DNA of 64,000 nt, taken from assembly GCA_965203355.1 (NCBI GenBank), contig OZ241889.1, positions 4,032,001 through 4,096,000 of the forward strand, written 5' to 3'. Below are positions 19,664 to 29,099 of the stretch, in pieces. Both the position numbers and the translations under genes were made by a program. The stretch comes from Candidatus Latescibacterota bacterium (lineage in GTDB: Bacteria; Latescibacterota; UBA2968; UBA8231). Each line of letters opens with the position of its first letter. Positions within the stretch are counted from its first letter, which is position 1. A model generated the notes under the pieces. It saw only the letters and a list, made by a program, of their open reading frames with translations, made no database searches and had not been told where the DNA came from.

Positions 19664-20556
19664 CGCAAGGCTTCCACAATGGTGTTGACGTTGCTTTCGA
19701 CCATGCCCACATACGTGTCGGCCCCGCTGCCAACAGCCCCCATCGCATCCGAATACAGGGTGCCGCCTATTTCCACTTGGAAGCCGCGGTCTAAGCATCC
19801 TTCGCGCACGGCCTCAATGGAGCGCACGGGCACACTGCTCTCGACGAAGATGGCCTTGACTTGGCGTTCCACGATCAGATCGACCAGCCGCGTGACGTCG
19901 TTGACCCCGTAATCGGCCACGGTGGAAATGCCTTGCAGGCCGATGACCTCTATTCCGTAGGCCCGGCCAAAATAGCCGAAGGCGTCGTGGGCCGTAATCA
20001 GCACTCGACTGGTCTCCGGCAGCAACTCGACCTGCTCGCCGACCCATTGGTGTAGCGCGTCGAGTCGCTCCCGATAGCGGGCGCCGTTCTGGCGATAGAC
20101 CGCCGCCCCGTCCGGGTCTATTGCGCTCAGACGAGCCACGACCGGCTCGATCGTCTGCACCCACAGCGACACGTCGAACCATATATGGGGATCGAAGTTG
20201 CCGGCAAACTCCGGGGGGCGCAGCAAGCGCTCTGCTGCTATTTGCTCGGCCACGGCCAACACCGGCGTACTGCGGGCCATTTTGGCGAAAATGTCTTCCA
20301 TCTTGCCTTCGAGAAAAAGGCCGTTGAAGAGAATCAGATCCGCCGCCGTCAGCTTGGCCAAATCGCCTTGCGACGCCTTGTAGTAATGCGGGTCGACGCC
20401 CGGGCCCATCATCCCGATCACCGCGATGCGGTCGCCGCCGACCTGGCGGGCGAGATCGGCCACCATCCCGGTGGTACACACCACTTCGATCCGTCCGTTG
20501 TCGCGCTCGGGCGCATCGCAACCCAACGCGCACAACAAAATGAAAATCCAGAACAT
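19660..20556 (-). CDS. Metal ABC transporter substrate-binding lipoprotein (TroA/MntA-like)
   Basis: Lipobox ALGC, DPHYY, DPHIWFD, TAHDAF and LYSDAMG. Confidence 0.93.
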   Translation of the reverse strand: MFWIFILLCALGCDAPERDNGRIEVVCTTGMVADLARQVGGDRIAVIGMMGPGVDPHYYKASQGDLAKLTAADLILFNGLFLEGKMEDIFAKMARSTPVLAVAEQIAAERLLRPPEFAGNFDPHIWFDVSLWVQTIEPVVARLSAIDPDGAAVYRQNGARYRERLDALHQWVGEQVELLPETSRVLITAHDAFGYFGRAYGIEVIGLQGISTVADYGVNDVTRLVDLIVERQVKAIFVESSVPVRSIEAVREGCLDRGFQVEIGGTLYSDAMGAVGSGADTYVGMVESNVNTIVEALR

Positions 20557-20595
20557 GGTCCTTTGCTTGCCTAGTTAATTAAACAAAAATAGTAA

Positions 20596-20611
20596 TTTAG
20601 CTATGGCTAAA
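20596..20611. promoter_or_regulatory. Putative DtxR/MntR-family operator
   Basis: Near-perfect palindrome TTTAGCTATGGCTAAA in the AT-rich gap between the divergent troA-like and dtxR-like genes. Confidence 0.65.
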
Positions 20612-20686
20612 AAATTGTCAAGATCATTGCTAAATCTATCTTTCGCCTTATCTTAAATACAGAGCGCGTAACCTTGGAGGTACGAG

Positions 20687-21358
20687 GTGCTAACGCAGGC
20701 CATTGAGGATTATCTCAAGACGATCTACAAGTTGCAGTACAGCAACGAGCACGGCGGGCGCGTCACCACCTCGGTGATTGCCAGCCGCATGGAAGTGACG
20801 GCGGCCTCGGCGACAAACATGATCAAGAAACTCGCCGAACTGAATCTGCTCATGTACGCGCCGTACCGCGGGGTCGAGCTAACGGCCAGCGGCGAGAAGA
20901 TAGCCTTGGAGACCATCCGTCATCACCGCTTGCTCGAGCTGTATCTCAGCCAAGCGTTGGGCTATTCCTGGGACCAGATCGACGCCGAAGCCGACCGCCT
21001 AGAGCACGCTATTTCCGAGGAGTTTGAAGACCGCATCGACGAAGCCTTGGGCCATCCGACTGTCGGTGCCCACGGCGAGCCGATCCCCACCAAGCAAGGC
21101 CAGATCGACCGCCCGCAGTACCGCCGTCTCTCCGAACTAAAAGACGGCCAATCCGCGATCATCCGCCGAGTCAGCGACCGCAATCCCCAGATGCTGCGCT
21201 ATATGGAAAATTTGCAACTGCGCTTGGGCACCCGGGTCGAAGTTACCGCCAAAGCACCTTTTAACGGCCCGCTGCAATTGAAAATCGGTACTGCCAAGCA
21301 AAAGGAAGTGTCGCTGGGGTTGGAAGTGGCCGGTAGTATCTTCGTCGAGACCGACTGA
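20687..21358 (+). CDS. DtxR/MntR/IdeR family metal-dependent repressor with a FeoA domain
   Basis: EDYLKTIY, SATNMIKKL, HHRLLELYL, EADRLEH, HGEPIP and APFNGP. Confidence 0.93.
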   Translation: MLTQAIEDYLKTIYKLQYSNEHGGRVTTSVIASRMEVTAASATNMIKKLAELNLLMYAPYRGVELTASGEKIALETIRHHRLLELYLSQALGYSWDQIDAEADRLEHAISEEFEDRIDEALGHPTVGAHGEPIPTKQGQIDRPQYRRLSELKDGQSAIIRRVSDRNPQMLRYMENLQLRLGTRVEVTAKAPFNGPLQLKIGTAKQKEVSLGLEVAGSIFVETD

Positions 21359-21360
21359 TC

Positions 21361-22005
21361 TTATTTGTGGCTTCTGGTGTGCCCATTGGCGGACGCCAAG
21401 CGATGGAACTGGCCCTCGGCCTCCAGCAGGGGGATTATTTGCTCAAAGTACTCGCAGAGTGCGTGTAGGCGGCCGTTTTCGGCCGTCATCTCCAAGAGTC
21501 GTTGCCTAATCTCCAAGTTGAGGCCCGGCACTTGGGCGATCTGAAAGGCATTTTGCAGAGGCCCTATCTCGGCGCGCATCCCGGTCACTGCCGCAAGTTG
21601 CCCCATCAACTGCTCTAGCCCGGCAACCGCCTTGGCCAAAAGCACTGGGTCGGTCGGTTCCTCGGCGTCATCTACGTACTCCACCCAAGCCTCCAAATAG
21701 GGCTTGTCCTCGGTGATACGCGCGATGCGAAAGCGCCGTCCGCCGCGGACGATGATATTGAGTCGGCCATCGTCAAACTCGTCGAGCACTTTGGTCAACC
21801 GCATCGCGCAGCCCACCTCGCCCTGTACCTCGCGGTCCTTCCCCAGAATCATGCCAATGGGCACGATCTCGCCGCGCTCGTCAGCCGCCCGTACCGCCTC
21901 GAGCATCTGCTTGTAGCGCGGCTCAAATATGTGCAGGGGCACGATTTGGTCCGGGAAAACGACGATCGGCAGGGGAAAGAGTGGGATTGGATTGCAATCT
22001 AGCAT
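21361..22005 (-). CDS. LON peptidase substrate-binding (Lon N-terminal) domain protein
   Basis: IPLFPLPIVVFP..PLHIFEPRY, VGC and DDGRLNI. Confidence 0.9.
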   Translation of the reverse strand: MLDCNPIPLFPLPIVVFPDQIVPLHIFEPRYKQMLEAVRAADERGEIVPIGMILGKDREVQGEVGCAMRLTKVLDEFDDGRLNIIVRGGRRFRIARITEDKPYLEAWVEYVDDAEEPTDPVLLAKAVAGLEQLMGQLAAVTGMRAEIGPLQNAFQIAQVPGLNLEIRQRLLEMTAENGRLHALCEYFEQIIPLLEAEGQFHRLASANGHTRSHK

Positions 22006-22154
22006 GGGCGCGTCGCGTTGGGCTGGCGGAAAAGAGCAAATTAAACCGCCGCTACCAGCGAGGGCAAGCGGTGCGACGCGGTGGCATGGTTGACATTGCC
22101 CTAGCAGCGCGACTCATTAAAGAGGCCCCTCAAAATCAAAACCGGGACTTGGCT

Positions 22155-23747
22155 ATGGCACGCCGCCGCAAGAAAAACGTCCGCAGCGAGATCGAGCGAG
22201 CCGCAAACCGCAAAAACCTCCGAAGCCACATCCGCGCCTTGGGCCTCCAGTCCGAGGACGAGTACCGAGCTTGGTGCCGCAAGCGCGGCTTGGGCGACGG
22301 TCTCCACAAGAGCAATCGCCAAATCCAAAAGGAGCGTCAGCTCGCCCTACGCCAGCAGGGCGAGGCCGCCCTCGCCCGCACCCGCCAGCGCACGCGCAGC
22401 CCGGCCAACACCATTCGCCAACTCTACGACCGCACACTCCCCAAGGGGCGGCTCGGTGCCGACTATCTCTACAAGATCCGCGGTCTTTTCAACGCTTTTC
22501 CCAGCGGGCCGCTGCGCCGCGCCTTGCTCGACATGCTGCTCCAAGTCGAGCGGCGCGGCGCGCTCTTTCGCCTCGACCCGGTCATCCCCGCGTTTGGCGC
22601 TCACCCGCACAACAATTTCATCGACGGCTTGGCTTCCTTGGCCCGCCATTCAGAAGACTGGGTGCGCCCTATCGCCGAGTGGTCGCCGCCAAGCCACAAC
22701 CCCCGCAAACAATTTCACCACCTCGCCTGCCACCTGCTGGCCTTCTATGACGTGCCCGTTTTTATGGACGCGGCCTTTTTCACCTCGCAAATGCCAGAAG
22801 CTGGTTTGCACCAAACGTGGTTCAAGCACATCGGCGCGGGGCAAAACATCCGCACTGCCGACCTGCCCGTCGCCTTGAGCAAGAAGTCGGCCCATTGCTT
22901 CCTCGCCGCCCCCGACGACCTCTCCATCACCCATGCCCTGCGCTGGGGCCAAGTCTTGGGGCAAGGCGGCAGTCCAACGCTGGCGCGGGCGGTGATTGGC
23001 ACCCGGTTGGGCCAGTCGTTTGAAAACGAGGACTTTTGGTCCACCGCGATCCTGTTTTTTGCCAACAATCCCATGCTCGACCCAGCCCACGTCGGACCCA
23101 TCGTCGATTACATCTACAATCAGAAATACGCGCCGCAACAAATCGTCCTGCCCGGCGGTCGCGTCGCGCAAGGGCCGCCGCCACAGCCGAATTTCTCGAT
23201 GAAAAGCCGCAGCATTCCCAAACTGTTGCGTCAAATTGAAGAGTGGCACCAAACGCTGGCGCAGCAGGTGCTGCTGCCCGCTGCCGAAGCCGAGCCAGAT
23301 GACGGAGTTACAAACAAAAAGGGGCGCGTCCGGCCCATGTCTTGGGGCGCTTCGAGTATCGGCGAGTTCGAGTTGAAGCAGGAGGACAAGCAACTCAGCG
23401 AGACTTTCACTTGGAGCATACGGGAGTTGCTCTCCAACGCCGAACTGTGGGCCGAAGGCCGCGAAATGGGCCACTGCGTCTATACCTACGCCAAGAGCTG
23501 TCGCAACGGCAGTACCTCAATCTGGTCCCTCGGCGTAGAAGACGGCAAAGGCCATCGCCACCGCATCCTCACCATCGCCGTCGATCCGCGCAGCCGCGCC
23601 ATCACCCAAATCCGCGGCCGCTACAACGTCCTGCCCAGCACCAAAAATAAAAAGAACCTAGAGCGCTCCTATCAGAAATTGCTACTCCGCTCGCAGAAAG
23701 TGCTCGGGCAGTGGATGGGCCGCGAATTCATCAGCAAACGCTACTGA
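22155..23747 (+). CDS. PcfJ domain-containing protein
   Basis: C-terminal ELWAEGREMGHCVYTY..SIWSL..LTI..QIRGRYN. Start at MARRRKK. Confidence 0.8.
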   Translation: MARRRKKNVRSEIERAANRKNLRSHIRALGLQSEDEYRAWCRKRGLGDGLHKSNRQIQKERQLALRQQGEAALARTRQRTRSPANTIRQLYDRTLPKGRLGADYLYKIRGLFNAFPSGPLRRALLDMLLQVERRGALFRLDPVIPAFGAHPHNNFIDGLASLARHSEDWVRPIAEWSPPSHNPRKQFHHLACHLLAFYDVPVFMDAAFFTSQMPEAGLHQTWFKHIGAGQNIRTADLPVALSKKSAHCFLAAPDDLSITHALRWGQVLGQGGSPTLARAVIGTRLGQSFENEDFWSTAILFFANNPMLDPAHVGPIVDYIYNQKYAPQQIVLPGGRVAQGPPPQPNFSMKSRSIPKLLRQIEEWHQTLAQQVLLPAAEAEPDDGVTNKKGRVRPMSWGASSIGEFELKQEDKQLSETFTWSIRELLSNAELWAEGREMGHCVYTYAKSCRNGSTSIWSLGVEDGKGHRHRILTIAVDPRSRAITQIRGRYNVLPSTKNKKNLERSYQKLLLRSQKVLGQWMGREFISKRY

Positions 23748-23789
23748 GTCCGTTGCACAGGATTGTACTCTACTGTTGCCGAAAATCTA

Positions 23790-24052
23790 CTATCAGCAAG
23801 TTTGTCTGGCCCTTCTGGTATTCAGAGGACTTAATAGACGCGCCCATTACAGTAACTATGGAGAAGTTTCGCGCCGTTAAGTTTCCGGGCGATAATGAAA
23901 AGAAGTTAAAAATATACTTTAGCGATTACGATAAACCCTACATATCTAATAAGAGTAATCTCGACACACTTGCCAGAATAATGCAAAGCACTAAATTCAC
24001 GGAGTGGTCAGTTGAGTTACTTAGCAACCATCAAGAGCACGAAGGAGGATGA
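23790..24052 (+). pseudogene. Fragment resembling a small phage protein
   Basis: AT-rich, with the pattern SEDL..TVT..F.G..K..IYF..KP..NKSN..LA..W. No clear start. Confidence 0.35.
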
Positions 24053-24390
24053 CAATGCCGTCCCGTCCCGTTAGTTCTTGTATCCGTAAAGGGGACAAGG
24101 ACATCGTCATCCCTTGTTGTCGATATACGGGCGGCCCGACTACACAATCCCTCATAGAGGAGTTATTAATTCGATACGCCCCTGAATACGGTGTTATGAG
24201 GGGGCGTAGAGAATTAATACTTCACAGCACAAGAATGAAAACAGCAGAACGAGTAAAGAAATGGGATTGGGTAGTTATAGACGGGTATATTCCCCGTGTA
24301 ATGCACGAAACAGAATTTCAACTAAAGTATCTACCTATGCACCACAGCGTAGAGATACAGAAAATAAAGGAAAAGGAAAGAGAGGACTAA
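24049..24390 (+). CDS. Hypothetical protein (AT-rich, phage-like)
   Basis: 113-aa ORF preceded by AAGGAGG. Confidence 0.55.
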   Translation: MTMPSRPVSSCIRKGDKDIVIPCCRYTGGPTTQSLIEELLIRYAPEYGVMRGRRELILHSTRMKTAERVKKWDWVVIDGYIPRVMHETEFQLKYLPMHHSVEIQKIKEKERED

Positions 24391-24392
24391 TC

Positions 24393-24698
24393 ATGGAAGA
24401 GAAAAATACAGAGCCGAGAAGGCGGGCGGAGCAGAAAGAAACTACTGAGCAGGTGGTTGTAGTAAAGAAGAGCGAAGTAACTGACTTAGACATTCTTCGT
24501 AAGTTGCTACTATTCATTCTCGGAGGGGTTGTTGTGGGTATTGCCGTTAATGGTTTCGATCTATACACCGAGACCATAGATAGTTACAGAGTAACTAACG
24601 CGGAAGTGTTTGTCATGTATGTTAAGTTGCATTTCAGACTAATGCTAATGCTTGCAGTTACCATTGTGGCTTACTTTCTGGACAGGATACTATCGTAA
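24393..24698 (+). CDS. Hypothetical membrane protein with two TM helices
   Basis: GAGG RBS. Hydrophobic segments LLLFILGGVVVGIAV and LMLMLAVTIVAYFL. Confidence 0.55.
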   Translation: MEEKNTEPRRRAEQKETTEQVVVVKKSEVTDLDILRKLLLFILGGVVVGIAVNGFDLYTETIDSYRVTNAEVFVMYVKLHFRLMLMLAVTIVAYFLDRILS

Positions 24699-25065
24699 TA
24701 ATGAATTTCTCAGGCGATACCTTGAATAGCTCGGCCAGCTTCCGGGCTGTTTTTAAGCTAATCGACCGCTTCCCTCGCTCCATGTTTGAGATATGCTGAC
24801 GGGGAACAGCACCGAGCATCTCACCTAACTTGGCCTGAGTCAAACCGCGATTCTCCCGATAGATCTTCAGATTGTCGCCCGGCGTCATCTTTGACTTGAT
24901 GTCCCGATACCAGCCGGTCTCAAAGATGTTCACAGCCTCTTCGTCGTTATCTTCCAAAAGTTGAATCTGTTCGCCGTACTCTTCTTCCAGCATAGACATT
25001 AACCTATCGGGAATCTCTCCCTTAATATTGATCTCAATACGGGGCGTTTTCACGACTGCCTGCAT
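24658..25065 (-). CDS. Xre/HigA-like HTH antitoxin
   Basis: NLKIYRENRGLTQAKLGEML..HISNMERGKRSIS. Located downstream of a RelE-like toxin. Confidence 0.85.
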   Translation of the reverse strand: MQAVVKTPRIEINIKGEIPDRLMSMLEEEYGEQIQLLEDNDEEAVNIFETGWYRDIKSKMTPGDNLKIYRENRGLTQAKLGEMLGAVPRQHISNMERGKRSISLKTARKLAELFKVSPEKFIITIVSCPESKPQW

Positions 25066-25297
25066 AATAGACCTCGATGGTTTTTGAAGTTTTCGCGTAA
25101 GACCAACAGGCCACCCAATCGCGGGAAAGGTGACAGTGATATTGATCAGATCCAAGTTTGCTGTAATGAGGCCAATCGCTTCTTATCGGTCCTTTATCCC
25201 GCAAATCTTCGACAAGGTTGGCGACTCGTCGTTGAACCGGCTCGGGAAGCTTTTGAATGCGCCTCAGCACTTTTCGCTTTACGATGATTTCATACAT
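25034..25297 (-). CDS. RelE/ParE superfamily (HigB-like) toxin
   Basis: 87 aa with KLP..V..L..DL..GP, YHCHL and IEVYYAGSRENAPY. Toxin-first gene order. Confidence 0.8.
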   Translation of the reverse strand: MYEIIVKRKVLRRIQKLPEPVQRRVANLVEDLRDKGPIRSDWPHYSKLGSDQYHCHLSRDWVACWSYAKTSKTIEVYYAGSRENAPY

Positions 25298-25301
25298 ATT
25301 A

Positions 25302-25330
25302 AAAGTAACCTATTAATGGTTACATATCAA
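25302..25330 (-). promoter_or_regulatory. TA promoter with overlapping operator
   Basis: TTGATA-17 nt-TACTTT, with the inverted repeat GTAACC-N7-GGTTAC at 25305-25323. Confidence 0.7.
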
Positions 25331-25586
25331 GGACGAACAAATAGGTGGATGACGCAGGTACGCACCGCCCTAGACAGTCTCACCAGCGGCACTCAATGCA
25401 GCGGGTTACGTCAGCGGTAATATCATCCAAGGTTCGCTCCTTGGCATCTGGACTCGACACGGGCGTCCTGACTCCGTTGATGACGCAGTCGTCGAAATAC
25501 TGGAGTTGCCCCATCTTCCGATATTTCGATGCGCTAGTGTACTGCTCTTTTTGCGCCGCGCCCATCCTGCACTATCTTGCTCTCGC

Positions 25587-25889
25587 ATGGAAAACACCCA
25601 CTTCGTCCCAGCCGCGGCCGAGCACGTCGCCCGAGAAAAAAACAAAGCCAAGGAACTGCGCCGCTCCCAGTGGTGGAAGCGCAAACGAGCCGCTGGCCAG
25701 TGCCACTACTGCCAGCAATCATTTGCGCCCCAAGAACTGACCATGGATCACGTGGTACCGCTCATTCGCGGCGGCCACACCACCAAGTCCAACGTGGTCC
25801 CTTGCTGCCAGCCCTGCAACAGCCAAAAGCAGCACCTGCTCCCCATTGAATGGGCGGCCTATCTAGAGCGACTGCGCGGCACTAGCTAG
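25587..25889 (+). CDS. Small HNH endonuclease
   Basis: CHYC, TMDHVVPLIRGG..SNVVPCCQPCNSQK. Confidence 0.88.
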   Translation: MENTHFVPAAAEHVAREKNKAKELRRSQWWKRKRAAGQCHYCQQSFAPQELTMDHVVPLIRGGHTTKSNVVPCCQPCNSQKQHLLPIEWAAYLERLRGTS

Positions 25890-26827
25890 TGATAATCCAC
25901 AAGGTCGGCGATGGCCGCGGCCACTTCCGCGGCCACTTCCGCCGGGACCCGCGGATTGAATGGGCCGCCCTCGCCGCCATCCACATCGCTGAATCCCCCC
26001 AAGTGCATAGCTTCGACCACAGCCGAATAGTTGTACATGCGGCCGTTGCGAAAGCGAATTTCCTCTAGGGGCGCGAGCTGGTTTTCAATCTGCTGCGAGG
26101 TCGCAAAATCGCCGCGGCGCTGGGCGTTGTTGATCTCGTCTGAGGCGCGGACAAAGGCCACGTTGATACCCGACGTATGCCCTTTGGTGCCGCGCTCGGC
26201 CGGCCCGGTCGAACGATCGCCCACACCCCAAATCACCAGCGCAGCCCCTTCCTCGACACCCGCGACAATCGGCTCAACATCATCAACCGTAGTGCCGATC
26301 TTCAGGCCCGCGAAGTACTCGGACTCGTTCATCAGCCGCACGGCTATCTCGCGCTCGGCTGAGTTGCGCAGGTAGTAGAGCAACTGGGCGCCGCACGAGC
26401 GTCCTAACCGCTCGGCAAGGTCGAGATAATAGGCAAAAATGCCCTCTGGATTGGCTACCCCGGCAAGCGGCATGACGAGATAGACATCTGGAGGATATTC
26501 GAGCGCGGCCTCCCGCTCGATCAACCGCTCGGCATCCCCCACCGGATTGGGGGCAATCCCGGCCATCAGCACCCCGCGCCCCCTCATCTGCTCGCCGGTA
26601 AAGCCCAACAGCCGCACTTGCTCGTCCGCGCTAATGTGGTGGATCAAGCTAGTGCCGGCGATGCCGATCACCCGAGGGCGATCGCCGTCCAAGTGATTAT
26701 TGTCCATCAAGTAGTGGATGTTCTTGGCGTGGGCCTCGTAGTCGATTTGCCCGCCGCGAAAAGGGACCACCGGAATCGAAGTAACTGAGTTTAGCGCGGC
26801 GAGTAGGTCTTCTTGTTGCAATGGCAT
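25886..26827 (-). CDS. DHDPS/NAL family lyase (divergent, KDG-dehydratase-like)
   Basis: SIPVVPF..IDY, AGTS, LYYLR and GLKIG (Schiff-base Lys). Confidence 0.75.
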   Translation of the reverse strand: MPLQQEDLLAALNSVTSIPVVPFRGGQIDYEAHAKNIHYLMDNNHLDGDRPRVIGIAGTSLIHHISADEQVRLLGFTGEQMRGRGVLMAGIAPNPVGDAERLIEREAALEYPPDVYLVMPLAGVANPEGIFAYYLDLAERLGRSCGAQLLYYLRNSAEREIAVRLMNESEYFAGLKIGTTVDDVEPIVAGVEEGAALVIWGVGDRSTGPAERGTKGHTSGINVAFVRASDEINNAQRRGDFATSQQIENQLAPLEEIRFRNGRMYNYSAVVEAMHLGGFSDVDGGEGGPFNPRVPAEVAAEVAAAIADLVDYH

Positions 26828-26859
26828 GTTTAACCTCAACTGTGTTAAATGCGATGAGT

Positions 26860-27933
26860 TTAACGCTCGGGGGCGAAGTAGCACATGTCGCGCCCCGGCG
26901 TTCCCGCGGCGATCCAACGGGCGACGATTTGGCCGGTAATCGGCCCTAGCAAGACGCCGTTTTTGTAGTGCCCAGAAGCCACAAAAACGCGCGGCGCATC
27001 CGTCAGCGGGCCAATGAGCGGACGCCCGCCTCGCGGCTTGGGCCGCAGCCCGGCCTGCTGGCGCGACAGGGGCAGGCACTTTCCCAACGCAAAGCGCACC
27101 TCCGAAGCAAACTCCGCGGCGGCAGCGCGGGTCGTCGCCAACCGAAAGCCGACCTCTTCCACCGTCGATCCCACGATTGTTTCGCCGCTGTCTGGAATGA
27201 AATGGCGTCCGTTTATCCTCACTAAATGGCGCAGCCGGGCACCAGCAAAACGCGCTTGTTGGCCTCGCACCGGGCGCAGCGCGATTTGGGCACCAAGCTG
27301 GGCGGCCAAGTCGCCGGTCCACGCCCCAGCCGCCAAGACCGCAAAGTCGGCGCGGTGGGTTCCGCGGGTAGTCGCGACCTCGACGGTCTCGCCCACTTGA
27401 GCAACGCGCCAGACGCGCTCGCCCCAAGCAGCGGACGCGCCCTGCCGCACGGCCACCGCCCAAAGGGCCGCGCCCAACCTGAGGGGATCTACCCGATGAT
27501 CGTCGGCAAAATACAGCCCCTCGCCCTTGCCGTCTAAACCCGGCTCCACATCGCGCAAGGCCCGCGCGTCGAGCCGCTCAACCCGACAGCCGCGCGCACG
27601 GTTGAAGCACCATACCGCCTCTAGCTGGGCCGGGGCGGCAAAAAGCTCAATGCCGCCGAGGGGACGCCAGCCCACATCTACACCCAACTCTTCGGCTAGG
27701 TCGCGAGCCAGCCGAGCGTGCAGGGCGTGGCCATCGCGGAAAAGCTGGGCGTAGGGATTGTCGCCGCCGTTGCAGTGGGTGAGGACCCCCAACGAGGCCC
27801 GGCTCGTGGGCGAAGCGGCTATCCCCTCGTCGATCAGGACGACCTTCGCGCCTTGCCGAGCGAGGAAATAGGCTGTCGAGCGACCGATGATACCGGCCCC
27901 GACCACCAACGCGCGCACACCCGTTAAGGCCAT
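26860..27933 (-). CDS. FAD-dependent oxidoreductase, glycine oxidase ThiO/D-amino acid oxidase family
   Basis: GAGIIG, AAGAW, PVRGQ, GSTVE, GLRP and GHYKNGVLLGP. Confidence 0.85.
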   Translation of the reverse strand: MALTGVRALVVGAGIIGRSTAYFLARQGAKVVLIDEGIAASPTSRASLGVLTHCNGGDNPYAQLFRDGHALHARLARDLAEELGVDVGWRPLGGIELFAAPAQLEAVWCFNRARGCRVERLDARALRDVEPGLDGKGEGLYFADDHRVDPLRLGAALWAVAVRQGASAAWGERVWRVAQVGETVEVATTRGTHRADFAVLAAGAWTGDLAAQLGAQIALRPVRGQQARFAGARLRHLVRINGRHFIPDSGETIVGSTVEEVGFRLATTRAAAAEFASEVRFALGKCLPLSRQQAGLRPKPRGGRPLIGPLTDAPRVFVASGHYKNGVLLGPITGQIVARWIAAGTPGRDMCYFAPER

Positions 27934-29085
27934 CTAACGACCGACGATCGGCGGCAGGTTGGTCGCCGGGCAGGCGCGAGGGCCTTGGACGGGATAGCCC
28001 ATATCCGCGAGGACGCAGTTGATTTGGGCTTCTAGCTTGATCAGGTACTCCTGCTCGGACGCGCTGCTCAACGTGCGCGCTGGGCCTACGTCAAAGCCAC
28101 GAGCCGCCACTCCCGTCTTGAAGCCCTCTGGGAAATTGACTCCGAGGAGCATCAAATTTATGAGATCGAGGATGCGGTATTGCAGTTCGCGGGCCCGCTC
28201 AATGTCGCCGCTTTGGGCCTTTTCATACAGCTCGACGATGACTTCCGGGACAATGCCCGCGGTGGCGATGGTGCCCCCGCTGGCTCCCATGAGTACCGCC
28301 GGGAACACGATCTCCTCACAACCGGTCATCACCACGTAGTCCGAGCGCTGTTGGCGCAAGCGGTTCATGGCGTTGAGCAGCCTCGGTAGATCGCGGCTGG
28401 AGTCCTTGGTGCCGAAGATCCGATCATAGGGCAAGAGCCGCTCCATCAGCTCTATTGACAGCTCTTGGGTAAATCGCGGGATATTGTACAGCAGGATGTC
28501 CAGCGGCGACTGTTCGGCGATTTCAGCGAAGTACTCGAAGAGGCTCTCGGTGGAAATCTCGTAGTAATAGGGGGGCATCAGCGCGATAGCATCCACGCCG
28601 AGCGCGGCATAGTATTCGGCCATCTTGAGCACATCGCGCAAATTGGCCTCACTCGCTCCAGCTAGGACGGGTACGCGCCCGGCGTTGACCTCGCAGACCA
28701 GCCGCACCACGTCTTGGCGCTCCTCTTGCGACAGGCGCGCGAACTCGCCCGTGCTGCCGTTGGGGTACAGCCCGTGGATCCCAACCTCGATCAGCCAGTT
28801 GATGTAGCGCTCCATCTCGGCGTGGTTGATCTCGTTCTCGCTGTTGAAAAGGACGACATTGGGACAGAAGATGCCAGCAAATGCCTTGCGGCCGGCCGCT
28901 GGTGCTGGCGTTGGAAGGGCTTGATGGCCCGCTTCCCGGCGCACGATCTCAACGCCTTGGGCCTGCAAAAAATCCTGCGCCGACGGCGTCAGTTTAGCCC
29001 CCGGGCCGATCTCGACCTGCCGCTCGCCCGCTAGGCGACTCTCCAAGGTCTGCGCGGTAATCACTGCATCGTCAATCCGAATCAT
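27934..29085 (-). CDS. DHDPS/NAL family class I aldolase with a BMC-associated N-terminal module
   Basis: NGSTGEF, PPYY, LYNIP and GTKDSS. About 65-aa N-terminal extension VIT..L..LTPSAQDFL..GVEIVR. Confidence 0.88.
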   Translation of the reverse strand: MIRIDDAVITAQTLESRLAGERQVEIGPGAKLTPSAQDFLQAQGVEIVRREAGHQALPTPAPAAGRKAFAGIFCPNVVLFNSENEINHAEMERYINWLIEVGIHGLYPNGSTGEFARLSQEERQDVVRLVCEVNAGRVPVLAGASEANLRDVLKMAEYYAALGVDAIALMPPYYYEISTESLFEYFAEIAEQSPLDILLYNIPRFTQELSIELMERLLPYDRIFGTKDSSRDLPRLLNAMNRLRQQRSDYVVMTGCEEIVFPAVLMGASGGTIATAGIVPEVIVELYEKAQSGDIERARELQYRILDLINLMLLGVNFPEGFKTGVAARGFDVGPARTLSSASEQEYLIKLEAQINCVLADMGYPVQGPRACPATNLPPIVGR

Positions 29086-29099
29086 TGCTCGCGTCCTCG

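Noticed and set aside
25380-25565. 61-aa minus-strand ORF divergent from the HNH gene
   Set aside because: It has no recognisable motif or RBS, so it cannot be supported.
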